Source: Aeropyrum pernix K1
GTDB taxonomy: Archaea; Thermoproteota; Thermoprotei_A; Sulfolobales; Acidilobaceae
Assembly: GCF_000011125.1 (NCBI RefSeq)
Contig: NC_000854.2
Coordinates: forward strand, 210,001 to 242,000
Direction: 5' to 3'
Length of the DNA stretch: 32,000 bases
The translations under genes and the position numbers were made by a program. The notes beneath the pieces are model-generated. The model saw only the letters and a list, made by a program, of their open reading frames with translations, searched no databases and had not been told where the DNA came from. Below are positions 1 through 7,621 of this stretch, one piece after another; within the stretch, counting starts at the first letter, position 1, and each line of letters begins with the position of its first letter.

Positions 1-578
1 GTGATATCCCTGGATACGACTACGGTAGAGTGGAGAAAAGCCCTATAACCGACCTGGAGTTCGATCTTCTGAAGAAAACAGTTATGCTCGGTGAAAAAGA
101 TGTAATGTACCTAAAGAAGGCCTGCGATGTGCTAAAGGACCAGGTTGACGAGATACTGGATCTATGGTACGGCTGGGTCGCCTCGAACGAGCACCTAATC
201 TACTACTTCTCAAATCCGGATACTGGTGAGCCTATCAAAGAATATCTTGAGCGGGTTAGGGCCAGATTCGGGGCCTGGATCCTGGACACCACATGCCGAG
301 ACTATAACAGGGAGTGGCTAGATTACCAGTATGAGGTAGGGCTGAGGCATCATAGGAGTAAGAAGGGAGTTACAGATGGAGTGAGGACAGTGCCGCACAT
401 ACCACTAAGGTATTTAATAGCATTCATTTATCCAATAACAGCTACAATAAAGCCATTCCTAGCAAAGAAAGGTGGCAGCCCAGAGGATATCGAGGGAATG
501 TATAACGCGTGGTTCAAATCAGTAGTCCTCCAAGTAGCCATTTGGAGCCATCCATACACAAAAGAAAACGACTGGTAG
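1..578 (+). CDS. protoglobin (single-domain heme globin), 5' end cut by the window edge
   Basis: ORF 30..578 stays open back to nt 1 in the same frame. Nt 3-29 read DIPGYDYGR, matching the IPGY.YG N-terminal motif I recall from Methanosarcina/Aeropyrum protoglobins. The body contains WLDYQYEVGLRHHR (proximal-His region) and FIYPITATIKPFLAKKG. Stop is TAG at 576-578. Confidence 0.9.
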   Translation, partial: DIPGYDYGRVEKSPITDLEFDLLKKTVMLGEKDVMYLKKACDVLKDQVDEILDLWYGWVASNEHLIYYFSNPDTGEPIKEYLERVRARFGAWILDTTCRDYNREWLDYQYEVGLRHHRSKKGVTDGVRTVPHIPLRYLIAFIYPITATIKPFLAKKGGSPEDIEGMYNAWFKSVVLQVAIWSHPYTKENDW

Positions 579-590
579 CGCCTCCCCACA

Positions 591-605
591 TTTTTACACC
601 TTTTT
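591..605 (+). terminator. two T5 tracts after the protoglobin stop (archaeal oligo-T termination signal)
   Basis: TTTTT occurs at 591-595 and 601-605, 13-27 nt after the stop codon. Archaeal RNA polymerase terminates at oligo-T tracts. Confidence 0.4.
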
Positions 606-666
606 AAACCATCCACCCATATAAGCAAAATCCGAAGAACACTACTGTAACCATGGGAGCATTGTT

Positions 667-1257
667 ATGCATGAAGACGACGTCAGCATTAAGATAGTCT
701 CGGCTATAGAAAGAATAGCGAGAGCCTACAGGATTCTAATAGCCAGAGAGTCGTATAAACACGGTCTAACCCCCCTCCAGGCCAGTATACTATTATACAT
801 CTACAACTCTCCTCCAAACCACCGTACAATCAGCAGCTTAGTAAGAGAGCTTGGAGTCAAGCAGCCTACAATAAGCGACTCCGTGAGGGCACTCATATCT
901 AAAGGGCTAGTCACATATGAGCCGCACAGGTCCGATAGAAGGGTAAAAATCCTAAAGCTAACCCCAAAAGGTGTCGAGATTGCTGAAAGCCTGAAATCCT
1001 GGCAAACTGTGGCTGCCGAAGCTGTTGACTTGAGTAGAGGAGAGAGGGAGGCGCTCTTGGAACTCCTCCTGAAATACATGGCATCACTATATAGGTATGG
1101 AGTAATAGAGGTGGCCAGAACGTGCTTCACGTGCACATACCTCGAGGCAAAAAATAGAGGCGAGGGAGTAAGCTACTATTGCAGCCTGCTGAAAAGAGAG
1201 CTTGGTAGGAGTGGGCTAAGGGTAGACTGTCCAGAGCACAGTCCTAAACGAATATGA
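667..1257 (+). CDS. MarR-type winged-helix regulator with a C-terminal four-Cys module
   Basis: ATG start. The MarR-like core reads LTPLQASILLYIY..ISSLVRELGVKQPTISDSVRALISKGLV..DRRVKILKLTPKG. The C-terminal tail carries C153-x2-C156-x15-C172-x15-C188-PEH. Confidence 0.8.
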   Translation: MHEDDVSIKIVSAIERIARAYRILIARESYKHGLTPLQASILLYIYNSPPNHRTISSLVRELGVKQPTISDSVRALISKGLVTYEPHRSDRRVKILKLTPKGVEIAESLKSWQTVAAEAVDLSRGEREALLELLLKYMASLYRYGVIEVARTCFTCTYLEAKNRGEGVSYYCSLLKRELGRSGLRVDCPEHSPKRI

Positions 1258-1408
1258 ACAGGTGAGCTTTTCAGGGAAAGCTACGCTTGGTATCTCTTAT
1301 AATGGCGTGTCGGCTCAAACACACTTAACGACTCTAACATAAACCGGGGCATGCCAGTTCTCTTCAGTGTTTGTGGAAAGTCTAGCATAAGCACGTTCAA
1401 TACACTTG

Positions 1409-1954
1409 TTATAGTTCTTTATCAGTATTTTTAGCCAAAGTGGTTTCTGCTAGAACACTTCCAAGCGATTTCTTTATAATTTCGAATATGACTTGCTCTA
1501 CGAAATGTTTAGTAACGCAGAATTCGCAGGGTTTTAGCTTCTCTGCTATTGCTACCAGCTCGTCACCTCTGGTCGCTATTAGCTTCTCCACTATTCTTTT
1601 AACATCGTCCTTAACCTCTTCAGCCATTTCCTCTATCAACTTATCTGCCTCGGGATCCCCTGTGTAGGCGTAGTACCTGCTTTTAGCGACATACTTATAC
1701 GTTCGGCCGACCCTAGTAAGATCAACAAGACCGCTGTCCTTGAGTATGGAGAGGTGATACCTAATGGTATTGGCGGTTTTCATTATCCCCCTTTCCCTGA
1801 GACTCCTAACTATCTCCTCAACACTCATAGGCCGCTCGTGAAGCATCTCCAAAATCATAATCCTAAGCTCATCACTAAGCGCCTTAGCCTCCTCAAGCCT
1901 AACTGGTATTAGCCTCCTAACCCCGCCGCTTAGCCTTAAACCCTTTTCATCCAA
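1409..1954 (-). CDS. ArsR/TrmB-like winged-helix transcriptional regulator
   Basis: HTH segment LRIMILEMLHERPMSVEEIVRSL....ANTIRYHLSILKDSGLV, followed by a helical C-terminal domain. The only in-frame start before the HTH is TTG at 1954. Confidence 0.7.
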   Translation of the reverse strand: MDEKGLRLSGGVRRLIPVRLEEAKALSDELRIMILEMLHERPMSVEEIVRSLRERGIMKTANTIRYHLSILKDSGLVDLTRVGRTYKYVAKSRYYAYTGDPEADKLIEEMAEEVKDDVKRIVEKLIATRGDELVAIAEKLKPCEFCVTKHFVEQVIFEIIKKSLGSVLAETTLAKNTDKEL

Positions 1955-2076
1955 ACACGCGCCACCCCCTGATAATAATACTTCCTAGGACGTTTTCACA
2001 CTATCTAAAATCTTAAGCATAGGATATCTTAAGGTGAGTAGGCACAGTCAGCAGTAGAATATGCTAGTTATTCCTA

Positions 2077-2566
2077 TCAGGAGGAGGCTGTATTGTAGCC
2101 ACTGTCATCCTGGGCAAGTTTCTTCACTTCTTCGAGCGCCTCGACGACGTGCCTCTCAGCGTTCATAAAACCTCTAATGACTTTAGCTATCCTCCCCTCA
2201 CTGTCTATCACAAAAGTCGCCCTATCCGCAAACCTAATCGGTCCTAGGCCTTTGAGCACCCCAAAAAGACTTGAACGCTTCGCCTTCAACATCGCTTGCC
2301 AGCCTAAACCTGACCCCATAATTCTGTGCGAACCTCCTGTTCCTCCCCGGAGGGTCCATTGATACTCCTATGACTTCAGCCCCCAGCTTTTTGAACTCCT
2401 CGTAAAGCCCGTTAAACCCTATAGCCTCCCGCGTGCAGCCAGGTGTAAAAGCCTTCGGGTAGAAGTAGAGGACAACACTCCTTCCCCTCAGCTGGGAGAG
2501 TCTAATGGTAGATCCGTCGATGAGCTGTATCTCAATATCGGGTGCTGGGTCGCCAACGCTGAGCAT
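2077..2566 (-). pseudogene. bcp: Bcp-type peroxiredoxin (thiol peroxidase) interrupted by a one-base frameshift
   Basis: ORF 2234..2566 encodes the N-terminal part, with LYFYPKAFTPGCT (peroxidatic Cys) through RFAQNYGVRFRLASDVEGEAFKSF. The Bcp alignment then continues in another frame (ORF 2077..2319) as GVLKGLGPIRFADRATFVIDSEGRIAKV. The switch occurs at a homopolymer, plus-strand CCCCAAAAA at 2259-2267. Confidence 0.65.
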
Positions 2567-2732
2567 TAGATGCTCGACCAGTAGCTGACGTACTGGTTTT
2601 GATTTATTATGCGTCGGTATATAGTGTATAACGCCTTAGTCTCACGCCTATTTTGCCTAGACCCTTTCGATGCTGCCGGGGGGATAGGCGTGTGAGGGGG
2701 TTACAGTCTTGCCAGCCAGTGTCTATGCCGTG

Positions 2733-3011
2733 TCACGTTCTTGATATGGTGTAGAGTATTGAGAGACCTGCAAGACTGGCCACCGTGATCGCGGCTAAAG
2801 GCGCGGCGAGTTCCATCCCATAGCCCTCGCTGGCCAGTCTGTAGTAGGTTGCGGTGGCTATAACCCCCTGTACGAGGAAGAGGGCGGCGAGGACTACCAT
2901 AGCCTTGCCCACGGGCGTGTGGCTTATCCTCCCATAATTGGCCGCCAGAAGGATTGCGAGGACAAGCTGTGCAATAGCCGCGACCAATGCTATAGCCCAC
3001 AGAGGGTTCAC
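2733..3011 (-). CDS. small integral membrane protein (about 3 TM helices)
   Basis: 92-aa hydrophobic ORF. Its GTG start overlaps the stop of the upstream wHTH gene (GTGA at 3008-3011), suggesting translational coupling. I prefer it over the overlapping frame 2701..3021, which is Arg/Gly/Pro-rich. Confidence 0.6.
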   Translation of the reverse strand: MNPLWAIALVAAIAQLVLAILLAANYGRISHTPVGKAMVVLAALFLVQGVIATATYYRLASEGYGMELAAPLAAITVASLAGLSILYTISRT

Positions 3012-3313
3012 AGCCTAACACCCACCCTCCTTATAGAATCCTCAATAACACTCCAATGCCTCTCAGCCAGGTTTGTGAGTGCATACGGAGCCCCATATCC
3101 CTCGTAGAGCCTAGCTATAAGTCCGTGCCTAGCGAGGACCTCTAGGTGGTGTAAAACCGTCCTATAATTGAGGCCCAACTCTTGCGATAGCTGGTGAGCA
3201 TTCCTCGGGCGCTCCCTTAGCAGCATCAGAATCCTGGCTCTTGTAACCCCGCCTCTACTACCCTCTATAAGCCACCTCACAAGAAGGCCAACTCCATCCA
3301 CACCGCTAGGCAC
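3008..3313 (-). CDS. small ArsR-like winged-helix regulator
   Basis: GVTRARILMLLRERPRNAHQLSQELGLNYRTVLHHLEVLARHGLI is a typical ArsR/SmtB-like HTH. GTG start. Coupled to the downstream membrane protein. Confidence 0.75.
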   Translation of the reverse strand: MPSGVDGVGLLVRWLIEGSRGGVTRARILMLLRERPRNAHQLSQELGLNYRTVLHHLEVLARHGLIARLYEGYGAPYALTNLAERHWSVIEDSIRRVGVRL

Positions 3314-3491
3314 AGAGGCACCCGCCCCCGGCGTCGCTGCTAGAGGCCCGACAACCCATGTTAAAGAAGAGGCTGGGGCGCTTAATTAACAGGTCGGTGA
3401 GCCCCGTCTAGAATCCCTAGTCCCAGCAGTGGTTCTGCTAGCTTTTCCGCCAATGGTTAGTTTAGTTGCTAGATATGTTTTGGCGTAGGAA

Positions 3492-3514
3492 TTTGTATAC
3501 AATTTGTATACAAA
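3492..3514. promoter_or_regulatory. tandem 11-bp repeat TTTGTATACAA x2 (palindromic cores) overlapping the predicted TATA position of the cupredoxin gene
   Basis: Exact copies at 3492-3502 and 3503-3513. Each contains the palindrome TTGTATACAA. Positions 3503-3514 form the perfect 12-bp palindrome TTTGTATACAAA. The second copy is centred about 28 nt upstream of the GTG at 3536. Confidence 0.5.
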
Positions 3515-3535
3515 GTTGGGAAATTGCTATACTAA

Positions 3536-4009
3536 GTGTTTAATAGGTTTAAATGTGGGGTCGCGGGCGTGGCATCTGTTAGTACGAGGTACGCTTTGGT
3601 GGGCCTGTTAATAGCGGTCATCGCTATAGTGGCGATTGCTTACTTATACCTGGGTGGAGGCGGCTATGGGGGGCAGGAAACGACAAGCCCTGGTGAGGAG
3701 GCCACCGGAGCTGGCGGAAGTACCGTTGTCAAGGTGGAGTTGTACGAGTGGGGTATCAAGATTGACAAAACCATGTTTAAAGCCGGTGAGAAAGTAGTAT
3801 TCGAGGTTGTTAACAAGGGGAGCTACACCCATGCATTCGAGATTGAAAACGATGATATAGGGTTCGAGGTTGAGACGAAAAATCTAGCGCCAGGCGAGTC
3901 GACCAAGCTTGAGGTCGTGTTTCCCCAGCCCGGCGAGTATGAAGTATACTGCCCGATTGACGGGCATAGGGATTTCGGTATGGAGGCGTTAATAACTGTG
4001 AGCGGCTGA
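3536..4009 (+). CDS. membrane-anchored cupredoxin (type-1 blue copper protein)
   Basis: N-terminal TM anchor (LVGLLIAVIAIVAIAYLYL), then a Gly/Thr linker and a cupredoxin fold. Putative ligands are H99, C139, H144 and M149 (YCPIDGHRDFGM, i.e. C-x4-H-x4-M). Confidence 0.8.
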   Translation: MFNRFKCGVAGVASVSTRYALVGLLIAVIAIVAIAYLYLGGGGYGGQETTSPGEEATGAGGSTVVKVELYEWGIKIDKTMFKAGEKVVFEVVNKGSYTHAFEIENDDIGFEVETKNLAPGESTKLEVVFPQPGEYEVYCPIDGHRDFGMEALITVSG

Positions 4010-4106
4010 CCACCTAATCGATCGTCTCGGGGCGAAAGCTTAACTTTCTGGATAGTCTCGGGCGCCCAAGAGTTTAGTAAGAATTTAGTAACCGAGGATT
4101 TTGTGA

Positions 4107-4838
4107 TCACACTATCTTTACGGAGCTCGACACTGCTTTAACGTTCACTCTCACCCTGTTGCCGCCAGGTGTTCCAGCATCTTTCTTAACTTCAAGCCTG
4201 GAAAGCCTCGCTACCTGCTCCTCAACGTAGTAGGTCTTGTCCCCCTCGAACTCTATTGTCACCCCGCTCGACTTTGCGTCAACATCTATCCAGTACTCCC
4301 CCCGGGTGGCCGGTGCTATAGCTAGCTTTACACCGCTGGAGTCGGCCTCAACATATACTCCGCCACCCGGTTTTATCTTCGACCTACCCTTTACACCGCT
4401 GGAGTCGGCCTTCACGCTGACATAGTCTAACGGGGCATCCAAGGCTTCAATGGCGATACCACTGGAGTCGGCTATAACAGCGAGGGCCTCCAAGGGCGCC
4501 TCAACAATTGCCGAAGCGGAGTCTAAGCGCAGCTTTGCCACGAGCCTGCCGTTCCTCTCGCTGAACCCAAGCCTCACGTCCCCCCCGATACTTCTGTAGC
4601 CCTTGAGTGAGAGCCTCTTCTCCACTGTCCCCTTTATTTTCACCTCGGAGGAGTCGGCCTCCACGATCAGGAGTATATTCTTGCTAAGGCTCTTCTGCAT
4701 GCTGATACCTACACCGCTCCACGGGCCTATCCCCATCTTATTTCTCAGTATTGAGCCGAGGGTTCTCGCCAGATCACGTAGGGGCATAGATCTGGCGGTC
4801 CAACCCTTTTCACCCAAGGATTTTTCACGACGCTTCAC
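4107..4838 (-). CDS. beta-solenoid repeat protein, DUF4097/Toastrack-like
   Basis: Seven degenerate repeats of h-x-h-x-A-D-S-S-G-h-x-h (VEADSSEVKI, VIADSSGIAI, VKADSSGVKG, VEADSSGVKL, VDAKSSGVTI, VKAVSSSVKI). A 23-nt DNA repeat occurs at 4326-4348 and 4389-4411. The GTG start overlaps the upstream stop (GTGA). Confidence 0.7.
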   Translation of the reverse strand: MKRREKSLGEKGWTARSMPLRDLARTLGSILRNKMGIGPWSGVGISMQKSLSKNILLIVEADSSEVKIKGTVEKRLSLKGYRSIGGDVRLGFSERNGRLVAKLRLDSASAIVEAPLEALAVIADSSGIAIEALDAPLDYVSVKADSSGVKGRSKIKPGGGVYVEADSSGVKLAIAPATRGEYWIDVDAKSSGVTIEFEGDKTYYVEEQVARLSRLEVKKDAGTPGGNRVRVNVKAVSSSVKIV

Positions 4839-5152
4839 GCCACACTCACCCCCCGCCTCCTACGTCTCTCCCATCCGAAAGGCTTTACTAGCTCTAGATG
4901 AGGCCCGCCTGCCAACCCTGCCAAGCTGGGCAGGGTTATGCCATCTATATACCTCTCATACTCGACAACCAGCTCCCCGGCGAGGCCCTTCGGCAGGCTC
5001 CTAGTCCTCCTCTTAAACTGTATTTTAGACATTGTCTTCCACAGGCCAAGCCTCATCCTGAGCCTGAGGTACATTAAACCGAGTCTGACTGTCAATCCCA
5101 GAACCCTGGCGGCTAGAATTACCGCCGCGACTATCCTCCTAGTCCGTTGCAA
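4835..5152 (-). CDS. small basic protein with an N-terminal hydrophobic segment (hypothetical)
   Basis: It fills the gap between two coupled genes on the same strand. TTG start, with alternative ATGs further in. It overlaps the upstream gene by 14 nt and the downstream gene by 4 nt. I recognise no motif. Confidence 0.4.
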   Translation of the reverse strand: MQRTRRIVAAVILAARVLGLTVRLGLMYLRLRMRLGLWKTMSKIQFKRRTRSLPKGLAGELVVEYERYIDGITLPSLAGLAGGPHLELVKPFGWERRRRRGVSVA

Positions 5153-5558
5153 GCTTTATCACCAGCCTCCTACCCCTTCTCTCCACCTCTACTATGCCTA
5201 GCCTCTCGAGGGCGCGGAGACGCTCCCTTATAACCCTCCTCGAAGCCGTGCCTCTAAGCCTCCTAACCTCCCTTTCCAGGCCCCTCAGCGTTAGAGGCCC
5301 GTTGACCGCCAGGGCCTCGACTATAGCCTTCGCAATACCATCGTCCCCCAGACCCTTGTCTAGCCGAGACACAGCCCTTGCCACCCGCCTCGCCGTAGAC
5401 AGGGCTTCATGTATAGGCAGCGTGAATGCCATCGCCATCTCAGCCGCCATCCTCGCCTCCTGCTCCCCGGCCTCCGCCATCTCCTCAATCCTCCTCAGGC
5501 GCTGTAGGACCTCGGCCAGCAGCCTCTCGATCCTCTCCAGCCGCTCCTCAAAGCTCAC
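5139..5558 (-). CDS. coiled-coil plus C-terminal winged-helix DNA-binding protein
   Basis: N-terminal heptad-like helix (ERLERIERLLAEVLQRLRRIEEMAE). C-terminal wHTH: IVEALAVNGPLTLRGLEREV....RVIRERLRALERLGIVEV. Confidence 0.65.
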   Translation of the reverse strand: MSFEERLERIERLLAEVLQRLRRIEEMAEAGEQEARMAAEMAMAFTLPIHEALSTARRVARAVSRLDKGLGDDGIAKAIVEALAVNGPLTLRGLEREVRRLRGTASRRVIRERLRALERLGIVEVERRGRRLVIKLATD

Positions 5559-5616
5559 ACCGCCGCGAACCTCCGGGCTTTACTAGGCGTCAGCCCCTCC
5601 CGGGGGCCTGGCACAC

Positions 5617-6030
5617 CTACTTCTCTCCCGCCTGAGACAGCTCCCCCTTAGCCAGCTCTCTGATTATCCTAGCTATGTTCAGCGACTCCATCCTCATCCT
5701 GAAGTATTCCCTGGTTAGCTCCTCGACCATCTCGTCAGGCATGCCACTATCCCTCAGGTTCCTGTAGAACGCTGCCACCTCCTCACCTAGCTTAGAGCCG
5801 TCCATCACAGAGAGGGCAGTCTTCAAAATGTTGCCCAGAGGCTCTTCAAGGTTTTTTATAAACTCTGAGATTGCAGTCAACACTTCTCTAAGCTCCTCAA
5901 CATCGCTCCGCGAATCCTCATGCTCGTGGGAAACCTCTACCTCCACTCCACCAGCCTCCTCGGATACTGGGAAGGCCTCCTTAACAGCCTCCCTAGCCTC
6001 CCTCCTCTTCTCCTCATCCATATTATCCAC
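5617..6030 (-). CDS. acidic helical protein, function unknown
   Basis: 137-aa Glu/Asp-rich ORF, first gene of the minus-strand cluster. GTG at 6030, or ATG three codons later. A TATA-like element lies about 40 nt upstream. Confidence 0.55.
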   Translation of the reverse strand: MDNMDEEKRREAREAVKEAFPVSEEAGGVEVEVSHEHEDSRSDVEELREVLTAISEFIKNLEEPLGNILKTALSVMDGSKLGEEVAAFYRNLRDSGMPDEMVEELTREYFRMRMESLNIARIIRELAKGELSQAGEK

Positions 6031-6355
6031 CCAACGATTCCCAATGTAGCGTATCGTCGGTTCACTCTATATCTGCTTTAGACATATCAAGTGAACCATC
6101 TATACCTAGCTTCTGCCAGAGATATTCTGAACTATCATTCAAGCTAAGTTTCAACCGAGACAAGGTTAGCAGAATTTGCTTACCAGGTATCCCTAAGAAA
6201 CACATACAAACTTTACACACTATCCTAATACTTACATTTAATATATTGACAAAGTATAAATGATCTAGAAAAGTTCCAAATATGTCACTAAGAATTAAAA
6301 AGAACTTTTGAAAAGGATTAGAAAATGTGAAACAATGTATCACTAGCAGATTTCT

Positions 6356-7618
6356 TTATACTTTATGGCAAGCCACAGCATGACCCTCGCCCAATTCCCT
6401 CAGTTTTGGCTCTAAATCTGTGTGTAATCTAATTTCCACTAATTTTCCTTTCACAACAATTTCATTTATTATGGTGCTGTTAGTTTCACGCAATTTTTTA
6501 GCTAGATTTTCAGCGTTTTTACTAACCCTAATCCTTATAGTATCCCCAATTTTGGTTACATCTATTATCTCCACGTCTGAGTCAGCATGATCCTCTACAG
6601 AGAAGCCACAGATTTCCCTACTGGCTATCGGACATCTAGTAACAAAACGGCATCCTACAGGAGGTTTAGCTGGGTTAGGAGGCTCCCCTATATCCTTGAA
6701 CTCCTTTATCCTTCTCGATCTTGGGTCTGGGATTGGAACTGCTGACAGTAGGAGTTTTGTATACGGGTGTAGCGGATTAGTGAACAATATGTGTTTAGGC
6801 GCGCTTTCCATTATCTTACCAGAATACATAACGACTACACTTGATGACATGTACCTTACGACACTTATATCGTGAGTTATTAACAGATATGTTAAACCGT
6901 ATTTCTTCCATAGTTCTCTGAGGAGTCGGAGTATTTGGGCTTGTATTGAAACGTCAAGAGCGCTCGTCGGCTCGTCTAGCACGAGTATTTTTGGGTTAAG
7001 AGCTAGCGCCCTAGCTATTGCTACACGCTGCCTCTGTCCCCCGCTGAGTTCGTAGGGGTATCTATCCGCAAACTCTTTGCCGAGTCCAACTGCCTCGAGA
7101 ACCTCAATAACTCTTCTCTTAACTCCCTCACTGCTCTTTTCTATGCCGTGTACTCTAACAGGCTCTCCTATGATCTCTCCAACCTTCATTCTAGGATTTA
7201 GGCTGGAATATGGGTCCTGCTGGACCATTTGAACTTTACGCCTGAACTTTTTATAATTAGATCTGTCCATATAGTAGGGATCGTGGGTCTTGATAATCTT
7301 TCTATAGCGCTTAATGTCTTCCCTCTGAACGTTCTCCCCCCTTTTTAGTGCCTCATAAATACTTACAGCCTCCTCTAGCTCCCCCTTGTCGATGTCTATG
7401 AAAACATGCCCTGTGAAAGGCCTGTGTAGTCCTATTATGGTTTTAGCTAAAGTGGTCTTGCCTGACCCTGATTCGCCCACAACACCAAGTATTTCACCTT
7501 TCTTTAAAGAAAGGGACACGCCGTCTACAGCTTTTACATATCCTATTACTTTTTTAAGGTAGAAAGTCGTTATTGGAAAGTATACTCTAACATCATGTAG
7601 TGCTAGAGCAAGCATCAT
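6356..7618 (-). CDS. Opp/Dpp-type ABC transporter ATP-binding protein (OppF-like) with two insertions
   Basis: Walker A GESGSGKT, signature LSGGQRQR, Walker B ILVLDEPTSALD, ITHD. The C-terminal oligopeptide-type Cys motif C323..C329..C337 is separated from C417 (AVACH) by about 74 extra residues. Confidence 0.9.
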   Translation of the reverse strand: MMLALALHDVRVYFPITTFYLKKVIGYVKAVDGVSLSLKKGEILGVVGESGSGKTTLAKTIIGLHRPFTGHVFIDIDKGELEEAVSIYEALKRGENVQREDIKRYRKIIKTHDPYYMDRSNYKKFRRKVQMVQQDPYSSLNPRMKVGEIIGEPVRVHGIEKSSEGVKRRVIEVLEAVGLGKEFADRYPYELSGGQRQRVAIARALALNPKILVLDEPTSALDVSIQAQILRLLRELWKKYGLTYLLITHDISVVRYMSSSVVVMYSGKIMESAPKHILFTNPLHPYTKLLLSAVPIPDPRSRRIKEFKDIGEPPNPAKPPVGCRFVTRCPIASREICGFSVEDHADSDVEIIDVTKIGDTIRIRVSKNAENLAKKLRETNSTIINEIVVKGKLVEIRLHTDLEPKLRELGEGHAVACHKV

Positions 7619-7621
7619 ACC

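Noticed and set aside
2701-3021. 106-aa ORF overlapping the small membrane protein in another frame of the same strand.
   Set aside because: Its Arg/Gly/Pro-rich composition is not protein-like. The 92-aa frame is hydrophobic and shows start/stop coupling (GTGA) to the upstream regulator.
6062-6343. 93-aa AT-rich ORF directly downstream of the OppF-like gene (GTG start 13 nt after its stop).
   Set aside because: It has odd composition (Phe/Leu/Ile/Cys-rich), no motif, and several oligo-T tracts on its coding strand where the operon terminator is expected. It could still be a real small membrane protein, so I rate it about 0.2 rather than zero.
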